Made by a program: the position numbers and the translations under genes. A DNA stretch of 64,000 nt, taken from NCBI RefSeq assembly GCF_001194135.2, contig NC_068988.1:3215286-3279285 (forward strand). Reading direction: 5' to 3'. Under the pieces are notes generated by a model. It was given only the letters and a program-made list of their open reading frames with translations. It did not search any database and was not told the origin of the DNA. Shown here piece after piece: positions 51,056 through 64,000 of the stretch (within the stretch, counting starts at the first letter, position 1; the number at the start of each line of letters is the position of its first letter). The DNA comes from Octopus bimaculoides. Lineage: Eukaryota.

Positions 51056-51429
51056 TTATGCATGAAAGATGGCAAGTTGGTAGAATCGTTAGCATGCTGG
51101 GGAAAATGTTCAAATTCAATAATAATAGTCTTTGACTTGAACACAAAGCCAGCAATTTGTTGAGGGGAAGAAAAGTAGCTGATACCATCGACCCAAATAC
51201 ATGACTGGTACTTTATTTTATCAACCCCTGGAGCGATGGAAAGTAAAGTTAACTTTGGTAAGATTCGAACACAGAAGGTAAAGACTTGGACGAAATACAG
51301 CAAAGCATTTCTTCAAACACTCTAATGATTCTGCTACTACAGCTACTACTAGTGGTGGTGGTGGTGTTGGTGGTGGTGGTGGTGGTGGTGGAAGTAGTAG
51401 TAGTCTTCAAGAATGTTGATGTGGTTTAA

Positions 51430-52020
51430 GTGGAAGAGATAAACCAAAAAACAGTAAATGGAATTATCAATCATGTGAAAACAAGCAATCTAGCTGAAAT
51501 GAAGAATTTGATAAAAGCTGCTAATACATATGTGGTGAATGAATTAGGCTTGAAAGACATCACAAGTGGGATTAAGAATACAAGAATCATAATGGAAGAG
51601 AAGAATACAAGGGGATATAAAAATATTGCAATCTGATGTAAATTTATTGGAAGGTGAAAGAAAAGATCAGTTGAAATCCCAATGGCAGGATGCTGATTTA
51701 GAAAGAAAATATAGCATAAAAAAAAAGAAGAAAAAAAACAGATATATCAACTGCAGAGAGAGGAGTTGAAACAGATGATTTTGACCAAAACATCACAGAT
51801 CAAAAGATATAAATAAAGAATAAACCAGTATAGACAAAACCATATATTCCATATGGATCAGAAATGGTTATATAAGGAGTTGAATGAAAATGTAAGTCAA
51901 GAAAAGGTCATAGTAGATTTGTGAGAATGTTAGAAGTTGTGGAGAGAAATTGAGGGGCAAAGGAAAGATGCATAATTCTGAAGCAGAAATGGTTAACGAG
52001 TTTTAAAGATAAAGTGAAAA
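51430..52020 (+). mobile_element. R4/Dong-like LINE ORF fragment upstream of the RT domain
   Basis: EEINQKTVNGIINHVKTSNLAEMKNLIKAA...RRIQGDIKILQSDVNLLE...ELKQMILTKTSQIKRYK*RINQYRQNHIFHMDQKWLYKEL. Confidence 0.75.
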
Positions 52021-52541
52021 TCAAAATAAATAAGACACGCACACTCTCTTTCTCTTTCTCACACACACACAAATATGTACATCATCAACATCGTTTCTTA
52101 ACTTCTATTTTAGTTCCAAAGGTTAGACAGGATTCATTGAGATATATTTTCTTCAATTGGATGCCCTTCCTGTCACCAATCCTCAACAGTTTCCAAACTA
52201 GATAATTTTTCTCCTTGGTCAGACAAGTTTTTCACAGAAGACTGCAAAAAGGCAACATTGCTTGTATGATGGTCATGCTGGTTTCAACTATCAGGACAAA
52301 GGGATACACACACACATACGCACAGGTTTCTAGACTGCTTCTGTTGTTGCTCTTCAAACTGACACTCCATAAATGTCCCTTGATTGCATTGCTATGCAGT
52401 GGACTTGAACCTGAAAGCATGACATTGGAAAATGAACTCCTTAACCACTGCTTCTGCTAGTAAATTGTTCAAAATCTTTTCATAGTAATCTTGCTACTGC
52501 TGTCTCTATATAATAGAGCATTCTCATTTATATGATATATG

Positions 52542-53853
52542 CAGGGTGGGAAAGAGAGGACGGACGTTTTTGAAATGACTATAACTTAGTCCCAGGGGGA
52601 GGGACAAATGTTTGACAGGTACCATTCAATCAGTGGTGTCTTAGCATTTTTTCTCTTCAGGTGAAGCCATGGCACTGTGGACGGTAGAGCATCACGCGTT
52701 TGCCTATGACAGTTACATGAATAATAACGAGTCTTTCACGGCAGTTCAGTGTGAGTTTCAGCACCACTTCAACATTCACGGAAATCAGGCTGTTCCCACC
52801 CATAACACAATCATATGTTGGATGAATGCACTTTCCATATGAAGTACACTAATGAATGGGAGACTGGTGGGGGCACCACAAACGGTATGGACACCGGAAA
52901 ATGTGGAACATGTAAGACAAGCTTCGTTGGAGGCATTCCACTGAACTTGTCATTGGTAATCAATTGGTAAGGTATATTTTGTATGAAGACCTACATTTCT
53001 ACCTGTACAAATTGGTCATTGGGCAACAATTGAAACCAAAGGATTATGCTCCGTGACTTAACTTCAAACGTCAGATGAAAGCAATCTTTGAGGCAAATGA
53101 CAACCTCATTTTGTTAATGAGTGATGAAACTCATTTTCATCTCAATGGCATGGTGAATCAACAGAACTGTCGTTATTGGGCTCTTGAAAATCTGAGAGAA
53201 CTGCACAAAAGACCACTGCACAGCCCAAAATTGACCATCTGGTGTGCTGTTGGAAAAGCTGCTGTCATTGGTCCTTTTTTGAAGACAATAATGGAAATCT
53301 TGTTACTGTGAACTCTGAGCATTCCATCGAGATGATAAACAACTTCTTTGTTTCTGAATTACTATGAAAATGTATGCCTGTTCGATATGTGTGATTTCAA
53401 CATGATGGGGCGACCGCCCACACAGCCAGAGCATCAATGGACATACTTTTCCCTCTCTTCAGTGATTGCCTCATTTCCAGGTTTGCTGACATTCTTTGCT
53501 CCCCCACCCTGTTCCCTGATTTGTTCATGTGTGATTATTTCTTGTGGGGAAACCTCAAGGCACGTGTGTATGTACATAAGTTCTGTACATAGGATGATTT
53601 GAAGGAAGCTATTTGCATGGAAGTCACCCAAATCGATAGAGCAATGCTGGAGAGAGTGGAGGCCAACTTCCAAGAATGCCTTCAGAAATGCATCAATGAA
53701 AATGGACACCACATGATGAATGTTGTTTTCCACACTTGAGTTTGACAAATGCTAATTCAATACGAACACATTGATGTCAATAAAATTTGTTTGCAGCTAA
53801 AATTAATTATTTTATGAATTTTTCAAAACATCCATCCTCTCTGCTAAACCCTG
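52542..53853 (+). mobile_element. near-full-length Tc1/mariner DD41D-like (rosa/Visitor-type) transposon, transposase pseudogenised
   Basis: Approximately 33-bp TIRs CAGGGTGGGAAAGAGAGGACGGACGTTTTTGAAA and revcomp CAGGGTTTAGCAGAGAGGATGGATGTTTTGAAA; ATG 52669, stop 53737-53739; MSDETHF, FQHDGATAHT and PDLFMCDY motifs, with 42 residues between the 2nd and 3rd D in this decayed copy. Confidence 0.9.
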
Positions 53854-55340
53854 CACAAGTGTGTGTGTATGTATAGTCCTTCTTTCCTCATCATTATCAT
53901 TATCATAACATTCACCATCACCATCAGTGATGCAATTACCATTGCAAGCACACTTGTGTTCTCTCAACTAGGAATGATGACCACCTCTCCTCTCAACATG
54001 AAGANNNNNNNNNNTATATATATATATATATATTTATGTATATATATGTATATGTATGTGCATATATATATATTACACACATACATATATGTATGTATAG
54101 TCCTTCTTTCCTCATCATTATCATTATCATAACATTCACCATCACCATCAGTGATGCAATTACCATTGCAAGCACACTTGTGTTCTCTCAACTAGGAATG
54201 ATGACCACCTCTCCTCTCAACATGAAGACACTGAAGCAGAGGATGTTAAAACATTCGTCCTTGAGGATAGCTCTCATCGTCCATACCATCAAGGAAATGC
54301 TGTATGATCTGATCATATAATAAATGATAAAGAGGATATTTTAGCAACGAGTTGAATCCTATAAATTTCTTCATTGTCTAAATATCAATGATGGCACTGT
54401 ATTTTAGTTTCTCTGTTACCAGTTCTAACTACTAATGATAAAGAATTGTCAGCTAAGATTCCCAAACACTTTAGCTTAATTTTAGATGGAAGAAGTTGTA
54501 GAATTTCATTTAGCATTAATTTAATCAACACAAATACTTTAACTTTGGTTTCAACCAAATATCTAATGTGGATTTATGTCAACTAGGTTTAAGTAAGTTA
54601 TTTGTAGGGGAAGATCACAACTGATTCAATTAACTCTAGTTGTATACTATTGGTATGTAATATATCATCAGTATGCTACCAACTTTGAAAACCTGTTTGA
54701 CAAAGATTGGCATGGTACTGAAAGATCAAACCAAACTAAGATCAGGAAATCTATACCAATAGTTTACTGGAAGTTCAATGAAGGGGACCATGCATTGTTT
54801 GTGATAATTCTTCTAGAAACAGACACACTTGACATCAGTAAAGTACCGTGGGAACACAGTTGGGAATAATGCATTTAGGTGTAATAATGATGCGGGAAGA
54901 CTAACTAAATCTTTATAATTATACTACCTGGACAGAGAAACATGAGTCTGTCTGCTTTATTCATATATACTCATAATGAAAAACACATACAAACAAATAC
55001 ATAAGTTTTTATATACACACATAGATGTGTATATGCATGTGGAAGTATATATGTGTGTGTGAGTGTGTGTGTATACATACATATCATCATCATCATTGTT
55101 TCACGCCCGTTTTCCTTGCTGGTTTAGGCTGAATGGTTTGACAAGATCCAGCAAGCTGCAGGGCCACACTGAACTCCAGAGTCAACATAAACACACATGC
55201 ACGCACACACACACACACACGCACGCACACACACACACACACACACACACCACACACACACACATCAGCTATCTCGCACCGTCTTCAAACAGACAGCATA
55301 ACAAAGTTTGGCAAGGGAAGGATTAAATCAACTGTAGAGT

Positions 55341-55400
55341 ATCTAGATTATTAGAATCTAGATTATTAGAATCTAGATTACTACAATCTAGATTATTACA
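55341..55400. repeat. 4 x 15-bp minisatellite ATCTAGATTA(T/C)TA(G/C)A
   Basis: Units start at 55341, 55356, 55371 and 55386. Confidence 0.9.
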
Positions 55401-55469
55401 ATGCTGCAATCAGAAAGTATGAGGAAGGACATATATATGATGCAGAACAAATTAATATTATAATAGCTA

Positions 55470-56100
55470 GAAAGCTAGCTTACAGTGAGATTGAAACCAA
55501 ATCCACAGGATTAGAATTTACAGATGCTGGTAACACATTTATGACCACCTATGTCCTCCATCAAGCCATATGTAAGAAAGAAATTAGGAGACAGTTAGTC
55601 ATGGCAAGAATATCCGTGGAGAAGGTTAATAACGTCTTAGGTGGTGAAAGTACCACAATACATTTTAAAACAGGGCTAGCAGGAGCGTTCATTTGGCCAA
55701 TAAGCATTTATGGTTGCAAAGCATGGAATCTAAGCAAACTTGGAGAGAACATAATCGATGTGTTTGAAAAAGAATGTTATGAGTCTGTTACAAGGATCAA
55801 CAAACGAAGAATGGGCGTTACAACAAGCAGGCGAAAGACAAGTGAGCATGGTGAAAAACAGAAGGTCATCTATTATGGCCATATTTGAAGAAGCAGAAGC
55901 CTAAAAGACATTATCATGGTGGAAGGAAGAGTAGAGGGTAGTAGATGAAGAGACAGGCAGGGAATGCCATGACTGGACAATGTCACAAACTGGTTGGCAG
56001 CTGGGGAATGTTCCTGGAAGTCTGTAAGCCAAATGTGAATGACAAAAGAACCATCTTGGGGAATACTGAAAGTAAGCACAAACACAGACTCATACTTGTT
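55470..56100 (+). mobile_element. RTE/BovB-like LINE 3' remnant
   Basis: CKKEIRRQLVMARIS...FIWPISIYGCKAWNLSK...IDVFEKECY...YYGHI...VEGRVEG. Confidence 0.8.
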
Positions 56101-56153
56101 GTCCAAGAAAAATAAAGATGCCACTGTGTATCCTTACATGTGCACAGTAAGTA

Positions 56154-56214
56154 TTAGGGTTAGGGTTAAGGTTAGGGGTTAGGGTTAGGGTTAGGGTTAG
56201 GGTTAGGGTTAGAG
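56154..56214 (+). repeat. interstitial telomeric repeat (TTAGGG)x10
   Basis: 7 perfect units plus TTAAGG, TTAGGGG and TTAGAG variants. Confidence 0.95.
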
Positions 56215-56879
56215 GTAAGACAAGAGTATTTTAATCACTTTTCAAAAGTCTAAGGTGACCCTAAATGTGTGGTGCAAAATAGCTTTTGTTATTCAATTTT
56301 AGAGCTGCTATTGGTCACGGTGGGTGCTACCTTCCAAAAATATCAATTGTATTCTAAAATTCTACTCAATTTTATATTATGTGTTATGTCTGACAAAACA
56401 GATACAATGGCCATTAGACCTCTTGATCAAATATGTAAAAATAAAGGGAAAAAAAAACATTTGACTCATAGTATTTGAAGTGTACAGACCCTTCCTCAAA
56501 GACAAATGTATGAATAACAAAAAATCGAACTTTGTCATATTACCTTCAACATGTGTTGAATGCCTTTAAGTTTCAGTAGCATGGCTGGCGGTGTGGGGGC
56601 AAGAGGGCAATCTGTTTTAGATAAAGATTTTATGGGGGTATGTGGCATTTTGGGGTCTGTTGCACAAGCCTATATAAGCTAGGTGAGGCTGAGAGGGAGA
56701 AGCACAAATTCAAGGGTTTCTCAAGGAGGCACATACTCTAGCTATGCCACTGATGTGTGTGCATGTTAATGTCTGGCGGGTTTAATTCCTTTTCTGGAAA
56801 GTTTGTGATGCAAACATTTCAAAATGCTATTGTACTTACAGGGTAAATTCCTTCCGGAGATTGAGATGAAATATTCATG

Positions 56880-57600
56880 ACGAAGGACTGTCCATCATGC
56901 AATGGTGGAATATTATTGAAAGGTATCAACTTTGATGATGAAAAGAGAAGTAATCCAGAGGCAAAAAATGGAGAAAGAAGGACAAGAGCTTAATGAAAGA
57001 AATTTGTAATGGTTCTGTATAAGAACTCATTGATGAAGTGAGTATTGAACTGCCAGTAAAATTGTCCTGAATTCATTAAGATCAACCAAAATAAAGTCTA
57101 TGGTGGCCATAAATCATGTGCCACAACACCAAACATCGAGCAATCTTTCTTGGAAATAGATTTTACCAAAAAATTACATTTCTGTCTTTCTGAATGGAAT
57201 GCAATCGATGCATTGGAGATTGAATCAAGTTACCATATTTGTTACTTTGATTCCCTACCACGAATCATCTTACCTTATCATTATCCTGATCAATAACCAT
57301 AACCAGGAAAAGCACGCAAATGCATTATTCTTGGAGGCCACCATTCTTGATAAAGTCTGTGATCAATTTCTAACAACTAATACAATAGATATCTGGACTG
57401 CTGGACCCTGTATTCAGTACAAAAAAAATGTCTTTGATTGTCAGCAATTCTTCATCTGGTACATCATGCTATATAGTTTCGCTAGAATTCTACTGTCACA
57501 AGTCACAGAAAGGGACCCAAAGACTTACATGGAGGCAACATACATCACTGTGTAAGGACTTGGTGCCAAAACACTTGGTAAATCATTCACCACACTTGGA
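56880..57600 (+). mobile_element. Sola2-like DDD transposase remnant
   Basis: QSMHWRLNQVTIF..., IWTAGPCIQYKK (compare WSDG.xxQ.KN) and TSHRKGPKDLHGG (compare TSHGKGPxDGxGG). Confidence 0.65.
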
Positions 57601-58451
57601 ATGAGTGTTCAGGTCATTGTTGTGTCCCAAAAGGACAATTACATAGAATAAGGTTAACGTGCTGTGGAATGAGGTACCTTATATACCCAACACACTTAAC
57701 ACTGTTACATCAAAGCTCATGATGCTGGAATAGAAAATTGCTGGTACAAATTCAGGGACATTGTGTACATTGCTAGAATCTCTGGAATTGAATCATGTCT
57801 ATACAATACCTGAAACACATCTTTATGTGTTGAGTTGTTTAAGTTGAATAGTTTGTGCTTTCCATTCCATTTGTCTGTCTAAAAGGTACACTTGTGATTC
57901 CATTCTTGATATCGTGTGATTCCACCATGAAAATGAGATGCATTGATTTTCAAGCAGAAAACAAAATGAAATTGAATTATTCATCATTTGAACTTGGGGA
58001 TTTGTATCACAGACTTGAGAAATATTGGTATTCAAACTGAGCTTTCATAATAAAACGAACCTTCCTATAATCCACATCTTTTGTTGTCTAATTGCATCAC
58101 AGAATTTTAATTAACAATTTTTAACTAGTTACCAATTACCTTTGGATTTTTTTTCCACTGATCATTGCAATAACAAACATCACCAATAGACTATTTGTCA
58201 TTACAAAAACATTATCTTCATGACATTTTGAGAAATAAGTTATAATTATGAATTTGAAACAATAAAATCTCTGAGGAATATATCACACTGGAGTTCATAA
58301 GAAAATAAAAATTATCGATAGTGTTTTGCTGTTTCTATTTTTTCATTTCCAAAATAGCAACTAAACGCAACAATTTAAAGGAGATTAAGGTTTTTTTTTT
58401 CATAATTTAAATAAAAAAGTAGGTGCGTGTATGTGGGGGGGGGGGCATAAC

Positions 58452-58523
58452 CTTGACTTCTTCACTTTGTAAAATTTGGTCTGTTACAGTTACAAGAAGA
58501 ATGGCATTGACCAACTTAATAAC
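58452..58523 (-). CDS. possible phase-0 exon (VIKLVNAILLVTVTDQILQSEEVK)
   Basis: ccatagtttttcag acceptor, AAG|gttatg donor; only one frame is open. No homology recognised. Confidence 0.2.
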
Positions 58524-61500
58524 CTGAAAAACTATGGAATTAGAAATTTACTTTTGTCAATATTCTTTCTTTTTTTCCTTACTTAGGAACCAACAATCTC
58601 AACTAGAGCAATTAAAATATTGTTCCAGGCACAAAACAAAATAGTTAATTCTTATAGTGTTCTGGATTAACTAATTAAACAAACTTACTCTTAGGTGAGA
58701 ATGATAATAGTAATACAGTCTGGAAGAATTTTAAAAATCAATTTTAAAAATGAATTTGTATTAATCACAGTTGCTATAAAAACCATTTCTGTACTTTTTT
58801 ATTGCTTAAAGGCAAAAGTATTAAAAGTATTAATTGATTTGAAGCTTATTCTCCAAAACCTTATATTAATTAAAAACCCCTACAGATATCTTTCAAGACC
58901 AGCTGCTGATTCAGTGAATTTCATTAAAAACAAAAAGAAAGGCAGTATCAGCGTCAAACAGTCATAAGCACACTTTAGCTTCGTTAAAAATATGTTTGTG
59001 ACATATTTCAACTTCTAAAGGCAAATTCACTCCAGTTGCCATGAAGAAAAATTCCTCTTATAGTAAAATGGTGTAAAAACACCATATCTGTCTTGTGATG
59101 CCTCCTGTCAGATTCCTAGATACTGCATTTCTAGCTCTGTGGCTGGAGTCAATGAAAAATACTGAAGAGAGGTAACTCTGGACAGATTTAAAGCCATAGC
59201 TTTAACTAAAATGCAGCAGTCAACAACATTGACTGAGTTGTGCAATTAGATTGCCAGGTTGGAAGAAATTAAGAACTATTGGTGCCAAACAGTGTTTAGA
59301 CATAAGCAAACTTTAGGTTACTTACAATGTAGCATGTGTTCCTTTTTCTCCTACAACTGAAATTCTATTATTCTGGCTTTTGTGAAGGAAAATTTTACTT
59401 TTTTGTTAGAATAAAAACACGTCATCAAGAAAGCTGAATTTAAGAATTCATGCGTATTACAGATTAAGAGTTTTGGGAAATTCTTACAAGAGTTTTGTCA
59501 CTCTTATGAATCCTTTCAGAGTAGAACAGTAAAGTTTGACAATAAAACAATCCTGTGCTTGCCTCTCGTTAATAGTGAACGTGCTGTCTTATCTTCGAAC
59601 TTTTGACAGAAATACTTTTAATATAATAAGTCATTAAATATATATAAGTAGAAATAAAGTTTGTAATTTCTAATTGTTTGAAGAGGTGAAATATCATTTA
59701 TGAAAAGAAAAATTAAAATTATCAAAATAAATTTTTTAAAATCTTTATGCAATCTATTCCTATTATTACACAGTATCAATGGATGTTTTATCATTGTTTC
59801 ACGTTAAATTACGAACAGGCACCTCCTCTTGCTTTTACTTAAAGAAGGATTTGAATGTACTTTTTTTGCTTGTCCATCACAGTGTAAACAAATGTCAAAT
59901 GGTTTTCCCTACAGCAATTGCTTAAAGCAAGGGGGAATTAATAATTGAAAGTGGAGTATTGATATTGCTCTTCTTGGGTTTTTAGTGACACAACACAGGA
60001 GAAAGTAATGATAGGAGATGCTTCCAACAAGATTCAATCAACAACCGAATGACTTTCTGGAATTTGTAGCATTTACTTAAATTTGTATTTGTTTTCTGTT
60101 CAAACTGGCCAAATACAGTCTCTTACACCAATGCTACAATGTCATACTGAAAGTAAATGATCCCATAATTGAAATTTCAAAGTTACAAGATAATGCCTGA
60201 TTAATTCAAAACAAAAGTGTAAATAAATAAGCATTACATTTGACAGACTAATCTGAATGGTAGAGGGTTAGGCTATAATTTAGATCCCTGCAGCCTGGTC
60301 ACCAAGATATAACAAAGTACCACCAGATGGACCTTCAACTACAAAACAAAGTAGTACCAAATGTATAACCACCACCATTCTAAATGCAAGAACACAAGGA
60401 AACCCATCAAATTAGATTAGTAGTTTAGAACCCTAACCAGATAGCCACTGCATCTCCTTAAAATAACAAACAGATTCTTCTTCATATAAGACATCCTGTT
60501 AATTCCTCTTTGGGGTTAGTTAACGATGACATTTACGGCTGGCAATGTCACGTAACTGCTTCTACTTTTGACACATTAACTAAAAGTAGTTATGTACATG
60601 TGTGTATGTGTGAGTGTATATATATGTGTGTGTGTGCATGAGAGACACAGGGGGAGAGAGAAATAATGTGTGTGTGTGGATGTTGTCTAATTTTGTGAAA
60701 TAGCTGTGCTAAATATTGCATGTAATGTAATTAGAAATGAGAGGAAATTCTACCTATCTTGCTTTCGAATGAAATTCCTTTCTTAAGATCCAATTAATAA
60801 GAAAAGATTTAAAAGTTCAGGATATTATTACCAGCATTTATTGCTGCTATTGATATTAAGGGACATCAGGAAGGTACTAAGAAATCAAATGCGATGTAAT
60901 TGGTTCCTATAAAAGACAATTTTACTTAAGATTCTGATGTATTATTTAAATTACCATTTTAACTTTGTAGCTCAGCATAGCATTCTTATCTTATCAGTAA
61001 TGCACTGGATTTTGAAATGGCGTAAACTTCAAACATACTTTGCCATTTCTATATCGCATTTCCCATCTTACGAATGTCTTAAGGGAATGTAGAAGCTGCA
61101 AAGTTGTAAAAACATCATAATAAATCAACTAAGAAAGAACTTAATACCTTAATAGGAGAGTGCCAAATTACACTGAATAATTGACAACCGATTTGGTACC
61201 TTACAAATTACTGCTTTGAGTTTTCAAAGAATGGCTTGATTAACCAAGAATTTTTGTCTCTTGGCTTGATAAATATTCAAAGCACATTATGATAAAGTAT
61301 TAAGAACAAGATAAAATTCTTAATATTTTACATTATTGATAAGTACTTCAGTGGTTAAATCCATTTCACAAATTTGGGGGGGGGTTTATTATTGGGTTAA
61401 ATCCATTCAGAGCTATTTTAGAGAGAGAAGTAGCTCTGCTATGCTCCACATCCTCACTTTAATACATGCTTATAAACGCTGAGCCATATTTAATGAATAA

Positions 61501-62299
61501 ATTCCCACCCAATAACATTTTAGAATCCATTATCTTCTCATGGCACACAAACAACATCAGTTTAACTTGACTGAACTTCACATTGCTAAAAGAAAGCATC
61601 ACCAGTCTTCTAATATATGGCTTCATCTTTCAATATCAGTTTGATTTGGAAGAAGTTGTGCCTGTGGTCTATGTTGGCACCCCAGAACCATCGAAGTTGA
61701 TGTGGTTAAGTTTCCTTTGGAATATTTACCAAGTAATGACTGCAGGAAAAATATGAGCAAACAGGGTATTTCAGAGGAATAGCTTCTGGGAAGAAACAAC
61801 TGAGCTTAGAGGCATAGTGTAAGGAAGAGATGAACATGAGAGATAGAAATAATTTAAAAAAAAACTTTTAGCCGTTGGGATAGTTTAGGTTGTACTCTAC
61901 CTGTAGCTAAGACTCTGAGCGACCTTCCTAGCTAAATAAGGTAACCAAAACCTTAAACAGTTTGGTATAATATATATCTATAGAGATCTATATTATATGA
62001 GCTAAATCTTGTACTGTTTGGCATAAGAGAGTTGAGACTTGAAATAGTATATCTACAAATATCAGTCCTTGCTATTTCCATAGAATTCTTCCAATAAGTG
62101 AGCTGGAGGTGTCTGATGAACAGTGGTATGAGACATAATAGTTTCAAAGAGACAAATCTATTATAATAGTGACAGGAAATTCAGAAACAAAACACTGCAT
62201 GTCTTTGGGCTTGATATTGGAGAGAATTGAGAAGCAAATTAATATGATATTGTGAGTTTTATTGGAAAGTATTATATATCACTATATGTCGTTGTTAGT

Positions 62300-62602
62300 T
62301 GTTTGTTCCTTCTCAAGCCATGCCTGGCTCATAAGGGCCACTTTCCCAGTTTCATTGGCATATAGGTTCCCCACCTGGATGGGATACCAGTCTGTCACAG
62401 GTAAGCTGCTAGAATCAGGAGGAAAGAGTGAGAGAAAGTTGTGGTGAAAGAGTCAGCAGAAGTTTGCCATTACCTTCTGCCGGAGCCACATGGAGCTTAA
62501 GTGTTTTGCTCAAAAACACACACATCGCCTGGTCTGAGATTCGAACCTGCAATCTCTCAACTGCGAGTCCACTGCTCTAACTACTAGGCCATGTGCCTCC
62601 AC
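62300..62602 (-). mobile_element. tRNA-derived SINE (family D) with clear A and B boxes
   Basis: Minus strand TGGCCTAGTAGTTAGAGCAG (A box)...GGTTCGAATCTC (B box), then a GTTTTTGAGCAAAACACTTAAG CORE-like segment. Confidence 0.85.
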
Positions 62603-62734
62603 ATCATATCACTATATGCTTAGCTGTACTTAAAGGATAAAATGTAATAAAATTATAGCTAAATGCAGAAAAAGGGTAAAGTACATCTATGTAAGATATG
62701 CCCAATCATTTCTATGGAAAATTCAGGGACTCAA

Positions 62735-62900
62735 TTGCATCAACCCCAGAACTTCCCTGTACTTATTTTTATCAACCCTGAAAGGATGAAAGACAAATTC
62801 GATCTCAACAGAACTTGAACTCAGATTGCAGAAATGGACAAAAATGCTGTTAAGCATTCAGTCTGGCATGCAAACGGTTCTGCCAACTCACCATCTTAAA
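62735..62900 (-). mobile_element. family-B SINE
   Basis: ATCAACCCTGAAAGGATGAAAGACAAA...GAACTTGAACTCAG...TCTGCCAACTCACC. Confidence 0.75.
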
Positions 62901-64000
62901 GAGTCATAACAATATAGTATGGCTGTAGATATATTTCACAAAACTGAATTGGAATTTCGTTGCATTGTTTAGCCAAGAATATGGATAGATCATAGCTACA
63001 GGCAGTTATCATGTAAACTAATAGCTGAATCCCCAAAGTTCCAATATGAGCCAAAATTAACTGCCTTTGAATAAAATGTTTGACCATGTCAATATAATTA
63101 AACTACCTTACTCTGTGTTGCTTGCACACATCTCTATAACATTATTCCCTGTAATGCTTACAGTTTTTCATATCTATTTTCCTTGTCACAAAGTAATTAA
63201 TTTTGTTTCTTTATAATTAAATTGAGACTTTCAGGGCATCTCTTCAGAATGTGCTATTAACAAGAATTCTTGGAATTTCTTTGATCGGTATTCTAGCCAG
63301 GAAGTTCCTGCCTTTAATCCGCAATCTAACATTTAAAATATGAGGTTCTGATAATAAAGACAGTAGATATTCCTGTTGAGGGAGAAACAGTCTTTAAATT
63401 GAAGAGGTAGAACAACCATGACACATCTACAGCAGCTTTTCCTTTAATTTAATGTTAACATGAAATGTAGAGGACTTCAAATTATGGCTGTTCTTTCTAT
63501 ATTTATTATGGGAAGTGTGTAAAGATTTTGTTGACAGAAGAAACTGAATAAAAAGGGGTTTTTATTGGCAATTAGTATTCAAGAAAATGTTGGGTTTCCC
63601 AATTTTCTCTTTATTTAGCTTCTAAACCAACAAAATGCTTGCTTAAATATTTCATTCTTTAACTGTATTTGCAGCAGCCATATTGAGCCACATTGTTTAC
63701 TCCTAGAACTCCTTTTATCAATTTTTATTTATTGAATGGCTAAGTTACATTTTTGATATAAAGGCTCATAGTTCATGGCTTCCTATCAGAAGGCACCACT
63801 GCAATATGCCTTCAAAAATCTCTCTCTCTCTCTCTCTCTTTCTTTCTCTCTCTCTTTCTCATTTATACCCTTTCAACTATAATTCTCCTTGAGTTTTTGC
63901 TTTGTCCAGCACTGACCACTACACACATTCCTTCCTTTCCAGAATGGTGGGCTTTTCTTTAAGAATATGGTCACAGTCCTGCCTCCCTACATACCAAGCC

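Noticed and set aside
53867-54228. 138-bp direct repeat (53867-54004 and 54091-54228)
   Set aside because: Identical copies either side of a 10-N gap differ only in the microsatellite flank; probable haplotype or overlap artefact.
59326-59356. 31-nt minus-strand segment with ttcag acceptor and gtaagt donor (also 7555-7666 plus, 12983-13130 minus, about 30712-30770 minus)
   Set aside because: Such signals arise by chance in AT-rich DNA; no recognisable protein and no unambiguous phase linkage without RNA data.
62520-62602. tRNA gene
   Set aside because: A and B boxes continue into a SINE body; no complete cloverleaf could be drawn.

Overview
AT-rich, microsatellite-saturated eukaryotic genomic DNA from a draft assembly with sized N-gaps and several 10-N joins. 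The repeat complement is most consistent with an octopod cephalopod; this is an inference from the tRNA-derived SINE families, RTE, CR1 and R4/Dong-like LINEs, and mariner-family remnants. No complete protein-coding gene can be recognised. Almost all ORFs in the supplied track are microsatellite translations, N-gap read-throughs or decayed transposon fragments. A few minus-strand segments with good GT-AG signals may be exons of an unidentified host gene (low confidence). The most notable structures found by direct reading: (1) an 85-bp-arm inverted repeat at 49479-49673 whose spacer and right arm carry a complete minimal type-I hammerhead-ribozyme motif that the left arm would block by antisense pairing; (2) a second, degenerate hammerhead in a Penelope-like remnant at about 43.9 kb; (3) another 74-bp-arm hairpin 1.4 kb from the first; (4) a restriction-like-endonuclease (RLE) LINE embedded in (TATG)n, Dong-like RLE LINEs with (AAT)n tails, and a same-strand SINE array in (AAT)n; (5) a perfect 94-bp (AAT)n/(ATT)n palindrome; (6) an interstitial (TTAGGG)n tract; (7) a near-full-length DD41D-like transposon with a splice acceptor just before its ATG. 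Coordinates of decayed elements are approximate; those of the hairpins, ribozyme cores, TSD and TIRs were counted base by base.
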